From contig OZ024742.1 in NCBI GenBank assembly GCA_964016885.1, forward strand, positions 345,898,001 to 345,962,000: 64,000 nucleotides of DNA, in the 5' to 3' direction. The notes below the pieces were generated by a model. That model was not told where the DNA came from and made no database searches. It saw nothing but the letters and a program-made list of their open reading frames with translations. Within the stretch, counting starts at the first letter, position 1; every line of letters starts with the position of its first letter. The position numbers and the translations under genes are program-made. The DNA is from Eledone cirrhosa. Its lineage: Eukaryota. Shown here one piece after another: positions 54,071 through 64,000 of this stretch.

Positions 54071-54696
54071 GTAGATATGAAAATAATTCACTCGAGACAA
54101 GATTTATATAGAAAAATAGCGTATAATCAAAACAATAACATCAATAATAAAACATATATGGTAAATAGGTAGAGAAGTTACAGATGTAAAAAGTAAAAAG
54201 ATAAGATAGGGTACATTAAAATATAAGGAAATGAGAGAATGGAAAATATAAAGAAATAAATAAGTGAGAGCGTGTAAGTACATAGCATGTTCGTAGTAGT
54301 TTTTGAGTAAGTGTTCTTATAAGGATTCGTTGGTGGGTTTAGTGCTAACGTGGGAAACCAGATTCGAGATGTATATAGGTACGTGTAGAGGGGCCGATGT
54401 AGTGGCAGATAAAAGAAAAAAACAATAAATTAGAGATTAATTGGTGGATACATGTGTGAGATTTATGGGCTAGGGATGACGGGACGTTTGATAGACGCTT
54501 GTTGTAAATGTTTTGCTGATTATTCTATCTTAATAGGGTTGATGCTGTTTCAGGGTGAGAGGGTGAAAGAAATGTTCAGAGATTTATGAATCAGTGACCA
54601 GTTGGCCGTTTGACAACTAATAGCTGTGCGATGGTATATATTCTATATGTTAAAATCAAAGTGGTTCAGTTCTAATTTTGGGATTGCTGGTTCAAA

Positions 54697-55130
54697 TCAT
54701 GGTGGTTTGAAGTTTGTGAATCTAGGAGCTATTTTATGCCTACAGAAAATTGATCTTTTTATTTTGCTGTTAAGCAGCATCCCATCGTACCTTAAAATAT
54801 GTAGTAGTTCTAAATTACAAAGCCCGCAGTGGGACATTCCGTTGTTGTAGGCTCTTGCTACCGATAATTTTGACCAGTTAATCTTATATTCTCGGTTTTT
54901 GTCTTTAAGCTGCCAGATTTGATTGGCGAGCGTCGTAGAGTTCTCCATTTCACGGTTCTTCATGGAGTGTCTGTGGACGTACCATCTTTTCTTGAACTCC
55001 CCAGTTGTGGAACCTATGTAATGCCAAGTAGAGTTGCCTGAATTTACAGTATACAGGTATACCATACTCGAATCCAGATATCTATTCCGTAGTGGGCACT
55101 TATCCGATAGGTGGCAATTACAATTTGAAG
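54697..55130 (-). pseudogene. Penelope GIY-YIG endonuclease
   Basis: MVYLYTV...HYIGSTTGEFKKRWYVHRHS...STTLANQIW...CGLCNLE...LLN...CRHK. Confidence 0.9.
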
Positions 55131-55732
55131 TTTTATTTTGTGCAGGTTCATCGTTGCGATTTTTTAAGTTGTTGTGGGTGGGTTGTGATTTAGGCCTATT
55201 AATGTTTTGTTGTGATGCGTTCTGATGCGTTTGTGGTTGTGATGTTATGTTTTGTATTTGGTGCTATGGTGCATGTTGGTAGGTTAATTTCTTTAGAGAT
55301 ATTTTTGTGGTTGATCTTACGTATGTTCGATTCTATGTTGGCTGCAGTAGAGTAGGAAAGTTTTATAGTTTTTCTATTAAAGATTTTATGGTATTTGTGT
55401 AGCGTAGGGAAGTGCTTATCTATTAGTTTAAAGAATGTAGAAGGTAATTTAATTTTTATAGAGGAGTTGAATATTGGATTGAACCATAGGTACTTTCTAT
55501 CTCTGAATCTTCTATAGTTTTTGGGGTCCTTATATTAGTGTTTTGTTCAGTTATTTTTGGTGCTCGTTGTCTAATTCTATGCTTAGTCCTATGCTTGTTA
55601 TTTCTATATGAGCGGGTAGTGTTGTTGTCGTTAGTTTTGTTGTTGTTGTTGTTGTCTCTATCTAGTATGTATTCCAGCTTCTCCTTATGTCCATCCTTAT
55701 GGAAAGCTATGTTATAATAGTTTGCGTGTTCG

Positions 55733-56160
55733 TTAAAGATTTCTAGGTTTGAGGGATATACTATGTGCTATGGAGTTAATTATGGATCGGGGGTGGTTTG
55801 AGTTATAACTAATGTAGGTTTGATTTCCGTTATTCTTATGGAAAGGCTCTATTAATCCTGTGTTTAGGTTGAGAGTTATATCTAAGAAATTTGCTTTTTT
55901 AGAGTTAAGTTCGAAAGTGATGCCTAGGCCTAGTTTGTTGAAGAATACTCTAATGTTTTTTCGTAATCTTTCCATGTTTTGATTATTTAAACTTTTGGCT
56001 AGAAGGAGTGTATCGTCTCTGTAAATTCCTCCTTGGAGGTTATTGAATTCCTTATGTAAGTTGTGCGCTATATATATTCCCACCAAGTCCGTTACCTGCG
56101 CTGAGTCGTTAGATCCCATTGTGATATCGAAGCTATTCTGTCTGTTTTTTCGTTCCCAGT
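55733..56160 (-). pseudogene. Penelope RT C-terminal fragment
   Basis: TMGS.D, YRDD, NFLDITLNL, PFHK...YI...SNHP. Confidence 0.9.
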
Positions 56161-56402
56161 AACTATTTTCGAATCTACCAGAGGTAAATAATGTATTGGA
56201 GATCGAGAGACGCAATCTCAAGCGATTAGCGAACTAATATTATTACTCCAAGTATAACCTGCGTAGATATTACCGCGAACTCGCTGCATAACTATGGAAG
56301 CATCTTGTTGAGTCAAACAAAGCCGTACGTTAAAACTATCCACGACGCAGAGTACTCACAACCTCTAACTGGATTACCTATAACGATAACTTGTTATCCC
56401 AT

Positions 56403-56512
<110 letters not shown>

Positions 56513-57145
56513 TATTATATTATATTATATTATATTATATTATATTATATTATATTATATTATATTAGATATGAATCGAAGTTGTAGCTGCTGTATAGCA
56601 GGTTTGAGGCAATCACAAATTACTCCATAAAGCGATATGTTAATACAATACCGTCCAGAGTAAACACAACAGTTAAAACGTGTGACACCAAGAAAAACGA
56701 CCGAAGGCAGTGGCCATATTTATACCACAACCACGATAAATACAGAAAGGTTGAACACCTACCTGGACCTACTCATATTGATTAAAATCGATATAATCGA
56801 TAAAAATCAGAGACAGGTTTCTGGGACCTCTGAAAGTTATATAACAAGTTGCATAATGTCCATGCAATACACGTGTGCTCTTCCACGATGGAACCGGAGA
56901 TCCCTTCATCGGCAGGCTTTGTTCCTTACGTCCAAATTTCGGTCTGACAATAGAGGCATTTTCGTCATAGTAATAATCTTACCTGTGTTAACACGTGACC
57001 TATTCCAAAGGAGGAAGATCATGCTGGCCGAAATTGTGGCGGTTGTTTACAGGGTGTGAAAACAAGGGACTTTCACCGCCTCAATACAAGAGCTCTTAAC
57101 TAGTGTTTTAGCGTTATCGATCACCTATATGAATCTAGGACCATA

Positions 57146-57318
57146 CGGTAGAGGGTCGGACGCCATACTTTGCAGCAAATAGTCATGGCCCTTTATGGTC
57201 TGAGTTCAAATCCCACCGAGGTTAATTTTTCCTTTCATCCTTACGGGGTCGACAAAAATAAAGTACCAGTAATACACTAGGGTAATTGCTGGCCTTGTGC
57301 CAAAAGAAGAAACAATTA
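57146..57318 (+). mobile_element. tRNA-derived SINE
   Basis: Same family, slightly 5'-clipped. Confidence 0.88.
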
Positions 57319-57374
57319 TAGTAAGGAATGAATCGAAGTTATATATATATATATATATGCGCGTGTGTGTGTGA

Positions 57375-57478
<104 letters not shown>

Positions 57479-57509
57479 ATGTATATATATATATATATAT
57501 GTATAAAAA

Positions 57510-57921
57510 GCCACAGTATGACCCTCAATAAAAACATAGGGAAATGGAATTGTGAAGTGTGAGGTCGTCTACTGCTCCCTAAATCTGGGTACATCCCTCC
57601 TTTAAAATCACATACAAAGCCAACTATATGCAGCTTTACCCCTCCAATTCTGGGTGAGATAACATGTGAATTGTGCAAAAAAAATCTGCAAATCAACCTC
57701 TGGTCTTAAAAGGCATATGAGGGTACATAAGGATAACATCCCTGAAACTGACCCAATCAATCCATTAGAGGGAACATTGTTTGTCTGTCACATTTGCTGC
57801 ACACAGCGTAAATCAGCAGCTGGACTTAAAAGTCACATAAGAGACCATGAACGGACGTTTGGAGTGGGTGGCGGTCGATGTGGGTGCTTAGAGGAACAGC
57901 AATCAGCTGCAAAGATGAATC

Positions 57922-57925
<4 letters not shown>
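57510..57925 (+). mobile_element. LINE (probably RTE-type) 3' fragment with three C2H2-like fingers
   Basis: WNCEV*GRLLLPKSGY..LKSH; CEL/CKKICKSTSGLKRHMRVH; FVCHIC...KSAAGLKSHIRDH; no TGEKP linkers; last ~75 bp repeated inverted at 58055-58130. Confidence 0.55.
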
Positions 57926-57973
<48 letters not shown>

Positions 57974-58139
57974 AAGTAACTAAGTCAAATATTTAAAGTT
58001 TGGCTTCGTTATATACTCAAAAATAAAAAAATAATATATATATATATGCATGCATGGTGATTGCTTCATCTTTGCAGATGATTTCCGTTCCTCTAAGCAC
58101 CCCCATCGACCGCCACCCACTCCAAACGTATATATATAT

Positions 58140-58217
<78 letters not shown>

Positions 58218-58275
58218 AGAGGGACCGTGTATATATATGTGTGTGTGTGAGTATATATATATAGAGAGAGTGAGT

Positions 58276-58278
58276 AAT

Positions 58279-58360
<82 letters not shown>

Positions 58361-58822
58361 TTCTTTATTTGCCACAAGGGTGCACAAGAAAAGGGGACAA
58401 TACAAAGACACATGCCGGGGATTTTACATACAGTCGTGTAAAAATATTATTAAAAGAGACGAATTTAATAATCGAAATCCCCAATAGGGGGGAGGCGTTA
58501 CAAATGGGTTGTTTAATACCCCGTCGATAGAACAACCCTCAACTCCAGGAGCGTGTTGTGCAAGTCCTCCTTTCTTCCTTTTCCTCTCTTCTTCGACTTA
58601 CAGGTTTATATACAGAGAAAGCCCAATCACTCGGGCCATTTTTGCTACATTCACCCACCTCTCAGTAAATTTATTGGGGTGCAGTGCCTCTCCCTCCATT
58701 CTGATTCTCCTTCTAAAGTGGTACCTAAAGAAGGGAATGAGTTGTCCGGAGAGAAAGGCATGTGTCCTCAGTCCTCTCAATCTCAGTACGACGACGTGCT
58801 CGGAGAATTAGATAGATAGATG
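58276..58822 (-). mobile_element. Tx1/L1-like 3' fragment embedded in (GATA)n
   Basis: LSGQLIPFFRYHFRRRIRMEGEALHPNKFTERWVNVAKM, homologous to 59880-60030; shared terminus cccttgtggcaaataaagaaat; gata repeats on both sides. Confidence 0.8.
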
Positions 58823-59148
58823 TGTAAATTCTCGACTGCGTATATCTCTGTATATGTATATATACGCTATTTTGGTTTAGCTTTCATGTACTAATTAATA
58901 ATGCAAATCGTTTAAAAATGTCAACAATATAGTAATCATGTAAGAGTGGCAAAAAAAATGAGCTATTATTAAAAGAGACAACGTATTACTGTGTAATATA
59001 TAGAATAGGTTAGGATCATATTGTAATTAATATACATCAAACAGAAAAACAAACTCTCACGTATTTGTTTTATATATTAGCCTAAATATACAGGTGCAAC
59101 AATGTGTGACGTCAAGAAGTTGGTTTCATTAGCACGTTGTCATGGTAC

Positions 59149-59187
<39 letters not shown>

Positions 59188-59189
<2 letters not shown>

Positions 59190-59510
59190 TTAACAAAGTA
59201 TCGTTTAAGGTAATCCAGCTAGAGGTTGTGAGTACTCTGTGTTGAGGATAGTTTTAACGTACGGCGTTGTTTGACTCAATAAGAAGCTTCCTTAGTCAGG
59301 TGGCCAGTTTAAAACAGTTCCTAGGCAGGCGGTCCTTGAAGTAATAATAGTAAAAGAATGAAGAATAACATGGTCAGCTGTACAAAAAGTGTTTATTTAC
59401 AGTATTAACAATTGTTTCATTAATCAGGTGAATCTAAAAGCCGCTGATCGATAAGAATTACGTCACTTGACCTTAATTACAGTGTTGCCTGATCAAATTA
59501 TCAGAATATT
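59188..59510 (-). mobile_element. Solo pseudo-LTR of the 53906-56400 Penelope family, with hammerhead remnant (59401-59510)
   Basis: Direct similarity to 53906-54050 and inverted similarity to 56236-56400; tatt-CTGATAA-tttgatca...tgattaat-GAAA-caattg-TT-aata. Confidence 0.75.
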
Positions 59511-60010
59511 GGTGTGTGTATAACACAGGGGACTGGTATTTATAGATACATCGGAGAATAACATAAAAGTAAACAATAATAATAATAATAATAATAATAA
59601 TGATTTCTTTATTAACCACAAGGGTTTACATAAAGTAGACATTAAGGACAGTGCAGGACAATACAGGACGGTACAAATGGGCATTTCTGCGTGTAAAAAA
59701 CAAAAACAGAGGATGTAACAAAAAATAACAATGAAAAATTCCCCAATAGGGGGGAAACTTCGGAGGGACATTTGTGGAGAAAGCCCAGTAAAAGGCCACA
59801 ATGACCCTGACCACCAAGGCAAGTGCCCTCTCCCAGTTTTCCACCTTTAATTTACAGATATATACTCAGAGTAGGCCCATTCACTCGGGCCATTCTTGCT
59901 TCTCTCACCCATCTTTCAACAAAATGCTGGGAAGAGAGCACTTCCCTCTCTACTCTGATTTTCCTTTTCAAATGAAATTTGAAAAAGTCAATCAGAGCAT
60001 CACCGAAGAG

Positions 60011-60967
60011 TTAATGGCTCGTCTTCAGCCCTTTCAAACGTGTCCACCATACTATCTCTTTCGCCATGGCCACCAGACAGATAAAAACTGCCTGCCCTTC
60101 CCGGCTGAAGGAGGAGGGCTGGGCAATCCTCACGATGGACTCAGATGATAGCCGGATCCGTCCTAAACGCGACAGCAGGTGTTCGACATAAACCCACAAG
60201 TCAGCAATTTTCGGACACTGGACGAGTGCGTGCAGGACGGTTTCGTCGCCCTGCGCGCATCTCGGACATGCCCGGCTGACGGCACCTCCATGCCTGTAGA
60301 GTTTATCCCGAACTGGCAAGGCTCCTCGGTAGCACTGCCAGGCCAGAGATTTCTGGAAGTTGTCCATAGACCCCGGCCCGAAAGTTCTTCCGAAGAGATT
60401 GGCTAGTTGATTTTCGTCGACGCCTAGAGTTTCCCCAAGTACGTCGTCGCTCTTCCCCTCCACTAATCCTCTATAGAACGCCGAGGTGGAGTTTCCACCG
60501 ATCACATTGCCCGATTGGTCGAGGGCTGTGAGCGCCTGAAGACATTCCAGTCTCCAGGCGCTCCCTCTCGGTCTTCGCTTGACCCAGGACTGCAGCTCCG
60601 TCAAGGAAACGAGCTGGGGAAATACGTGTCTAGCAAACGGCGACCACACCTGATCACCGTGGCGGAAGAGGTGGAGATGTCGTAGCCTGAGCGCGTGCCT
60701 GTGCATCATCAGCCGCGGCATTCCCAGCCCTCCACGTAGCGGGTGTTGACAACAGATGGACCGCCTGAACATAGGAGCGCGTCCCTTCCACAAAAAGCGA
60801 AAGAGCAAACGCTCCAGCACAGTCAGGCGAGGCTTAGGACAGGGTACGACGGTCAGGCGGTAGCAGATGACAGACACGATGTACGCGTTAGCCACCTCCG
60901 CTCGACCTTTCAGGGATAGCTTCCTCTCCGCCCATCTCTGGGTGAGAGAAGCCACTCTGCTCGTCAC
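60011..60967 (-). pseudogene. Tx1/L1 ORF2 C-terminus with zf-RVT-like CCHC
   Basis: LSLKGRAEV, GGLGMP, ALPVRDKL...CPRC...ETVLHALVQCP. Confidence 0.9.
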
Positions 60968-61830
60968 CTCGTCCCAGTTTTTGTCCGTCTGGAGGTCCGG
61001 ACCGAACCAGACCCTAGCAATTTAACCGGTCCGTCCGTCCAGCGTCCGACGACGCTGTTGGACAGCATGGACCTGCCTCTCCAGGTGCCGAGCCGCAGGC
61101 CCACTGACTTTTCCTGGTTGATCATAGCTCCTGTCACCGCTTCGTATTCTCTTAGTGTAGTGCCGATTGCCTCGATGTGTTTGACGTTCGACACCACTAC
61201 GGTGACATCGTCCGCATATGCTGACACGGATCTTCCGCATCCTAGTTCGCGCGGGACGCCCCTCAACGTCTCCAGTTTGTGCAGTAATGGCTCGAGAGTC
61301 AATACGTACAAGAGGGACGAGAGGGGACATCCTTGGCGGACCGAGCGCATGATGTTGAACGGTTCCGACAGGTGACCGTTCACTCTCACCACAGAGCAGA
61401 TGTCGCTGTGCATGGCAGCGATCCAGCCTCTGAAGACGGGCCCAAAGCCAGCCGCCCTCAGGACTGCCGCTAGGTAACGATGGTCGATCCTATCGAAAGC
61501 TTTCGACTGATCTAAATTGATCAAGGACCCACCCGTGCTAGGTTCCCTAGCTACCCTCTCTACGATGTATCGCATGAGGTGGAGGTTGTCGTGGATGGAT
61601 CTGTCGGGAATGGCACATGTCTGCGCCTCTCCCACCAGACTACCAACGACAAGCGCCAACCTCTTTGCTAGCACCTTGGCCAAAATCTTGAACTCTGTGT
61701 TTAGCAGAGTTATGGGCCGGAAATTATCTATGTTATCCCCCTTGTTCGGATCCTTTCTCAGCAGTGCCACCGCTCCTCAGCTCACAGGACTGGGAATTCT
61801 CCCGTTCTGTTGCCAGTTGCAGTAGACATT
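60964..61830 (-). pseudogene. Tx1/L1 RT domain, copy 2
   Basis: NFRPITLLN, LDQSKAFDRIDH, VRQGCPLS, AYADD. Confidence 0.92.
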
Positions 61831-62750
61831 CGCCACCTCCGCCCGGCCTTTCAGGGACAGTTTCCTCTCAGCCCATTTCTGGGTGAGGGAGGCCACCCTG
61901 CTCGTCACCTCGTCCCAGTTTTTATCCATCTGGAGGTCCGGTCCGAACCAGACCCCGAGCAATTTAACCGGTCCGTCCGTCCAACGCCCGACGACGCTGT
62001 CGGACGATATTGACTTGCCTCTCCAGGTACCGAGCTGCAACCCCACCCACTTTTCCTGGTTTATCTTTGCTCCTGTCACCGCTTCGTATTCCTTGAGAGC
62101 GGTGCCGAGCATCTGGACGTGCCTGGTGCTCGCCACCACCACGGTGACATCTTCAGCGTAAGCCGACTCGGATTTCCCGCATCTTAGTTCACGTGGGACG
62201 CCCCTCATCGCCCCCAGTTTGTGCAGTAACGGCTCGAGAGCCAATACGTACAAGAGGGACAAGAAGGGACAACCCTGGCGGACTGAGCGCATGATGCTGA
62301 ACGGCTGCGACAAGTGACCGTTCACCCTCACAACTGAGCAGATGTCGCTGTACATTGCTGCGATCCAACCCCTGAAAACGGGCCCGAAACTGGCTGCCTC
62401 GAGGACCGCCGCCAGGTACCGATGGTCGACCCTATCGAATGCTTTGGATTGATCCAAGTTGATCAGGGCGCCACCCTTGCCAGGTTCCTTAACCACCCTC
62501 TCTATGATGTATCGCATGCAGTGGAGGTTGTCGTGTATGGATCTGTCCGGAATGGCGCGTGTCTGCCGTCCGGACCCTTGACGACAAGCGCCAACCTCGT
62601 TGCTAACACTCTGGCCAAAATCTTGAACTCTGCGTTTAGCAAGGTTATGGGCCTGAAATTATCGATAACAACCCCCTTGTTCGGGTCTTTTCTCAGCAGC
62701 GCCACTGCTCCCCGGCTCACAAAACTGGGAATGCTCCCGTTCTGCTGCTA
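61822..62750 (-). pseudogene. Tx1/L1 RT domain, copy 1 (frameshifted)
   Basis: NFRPITLLN, LDQSKAFDRVDH, VRQGCPF, AYAED. Confidence 0.92.
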
Positions 62751-64000
62751 GTTGCAGTAGACGTCTGCCAAGAGGTCACCGAACAAGTCTGGCATAAATG
62801 CATAAAGCTCGTAGGCCAGACCATCTAAACTTGGCGATTTACCCCTTTTGCAGTTAGCGATCGCTTCCCGTATTTCACCGGCTGTTATTGGCTTTTCACA
62901 ACACTGTGCTGCGGTCGTCGAGAGCCGAGGCAGTCTGTCGAGGTATGCACTGAAGTCCATGCCCCGATCCGGGCCGCCGCCGCTCCCGAACAGTTCAGCA
63001 AAGTGCTGCTGAAAAGCTTCACACATCCGCTCGGGTTCGAGCATCACGCACCCGTTTTGGTCAGACAAAGACCGAATTGTGGCTTTGTTGCCACGTCGCG
63101 CCTCTGCCACCCGGGCCCATTGGACGGCTATTGTCCCCTCGTGTTTCAGAGCACGCGCTCTAGCTCTGACAGCGCAGCCTTCGTGTTTTGCGTTGAAGAA
63201 TTGGTCGAGTGCCAATCTCGCCACAAGTACGTCGGTTGCGATGCCTGTCCCAAACGCCTCTTCTAGCTTTCTGACTAGCTCTCCCTCTACTCTATTTTCC
63301 TCTATCACTACTCCTTTACTAAACCTAATCGACTCTACTTTAATTGCCCTTTTCAGGGCGAACCACCACCTGTTGTTGACGACCGCTCCCGTCAACGCCC
63401 GCTTAACTAATACGCTAATCCGGTCTCTGTAGGCTTTGCGCGCCGGGAAAGACGCGTTCAGCTTCCAGTAACCAGGCCCTTGTCTATGAAGTCTGTCTAT
63501 GTCGATCTCACAGATCACAAATTTGTGGTCTGTGTAGTCGACTATTTTAAATTGTGGACAACTTATACTCTTATCTAGTTCTCTGCAGAATACCCTATCG
63601 AGATACGATCTGGATGACCCGATGCGGTTTGTCCATGTCCACATTGGCACATTCGGGTGATCCAGTCGATACCTGTCAGACAGTTCAAAACGTCTTAGCA
63701 GGTTGGTGAGGCTCTTGCACCCTCCTCCCCTATCCACTAGCCCCACACAATCCCAGCGTGCATCCAAGATACCGTTCCAGTCGCCCACTAACACTAAAGA
63801 GCGGGACGTTCCAAGAAAGGTCTCTAGACGTCTGAAGAAATCTGGCCGCCCTGCCCCTGTTGGGGCGTAGACGCCTACTAGCCTGAAAGCATTGCCATCG
63901 CTGCCGGTCACGTCCAGCACCACCGACTTACCTTCTGGGTCTAGGAAGATGGCCCGTATCGCGAGATCCAAGCTTCTCCGAAAAATGACGGCAACCCCTC
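62748..64000 (-). pseudogene. Tx1/L1 ORF2 apurinic-like endonuclease and linker
   Basis: VYAP, VGDWN, SRSYLDRVF, TDH, GPGYWKLN, KSPSLDGL. Confidence 0.92.

Larger units (their letters stand above)
53906..56400 (-). mobile_element. 5'-truncated Penelope-like element (Naiad-type) with inverted pseudo-LTR piece at its 5' end
   Basis: RT FDITMGSNDSAQVTDLVGIY...GGIYRDD; WFNPIFN; CNCHLSDKCPL; MVY...YIGSTTGEFKKRW..H; CGLCNLE; CRH; (TA)n on both sides. Confidence 0.9.
59600..64000 (-). mobile_element. Tx1/L1-clade LINE, degenerate, running off the window end; RT region duplicated
   Basis: APE endonuclease, two RT blocks, zinc-binding tail and 3' UTR ending in aataaagaaatca plus (TTA)n. Confidence 0.93.

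Noticed and set aside
56805-56918. Minus-strand hammerhead candidate CCGATGA-gggatctc...gaggtccc-GAAA-cctg-TC
   Set aside because: No stem I pairing and a mutated core.
57666-57971. Host C2H2 zinc-finger gene
   Set aside because: No TGEKP linkers, a stop and a frameshift, and it ends in a TA tail; better explained as a LINE C-terminus.

Overview
Gene-free, AT-rich, repeat-saturated eukaryotic DNA. The SINE type and the (TA)n/(TG)n/(GATA)n load suggest a cephalopod such as Octopus (inference, not a database result). No intact host gene is supported; almost all listed ORFs are translations of microsatellites or satellites. Contents: a ~16 kb 57-bp satellite with higher-order block duplications; minisatellites that grew out of LINE coding sequence; about ten tRNA-type SINEs; a hAT MITE with a perfect 8-bp TSD; Helitron-like ends; fragments of CR1/L2, Vingi, CRE, RTE and Tx1/L1 retrotransposons; and three degenerate Penelope-like elements (two Naiad-type, one Neptune-type). 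The most striking pattern lies between ~25 and ~60 kb. Many non-repetitive islands between (TA)n tracts carry a type I hammerhead-ribozyme motif with a palindromic stem III, and most are built as fold-back (inverted) duplications. At least three unrelated families use the compensated U3-A8 core (UUGANAA). One island has a retrozyme-like layout: two direct repeats, each with a hammerhead, with cleavage sites 593 nt apart. All folds were derived by eye; no activity is demonstrated.
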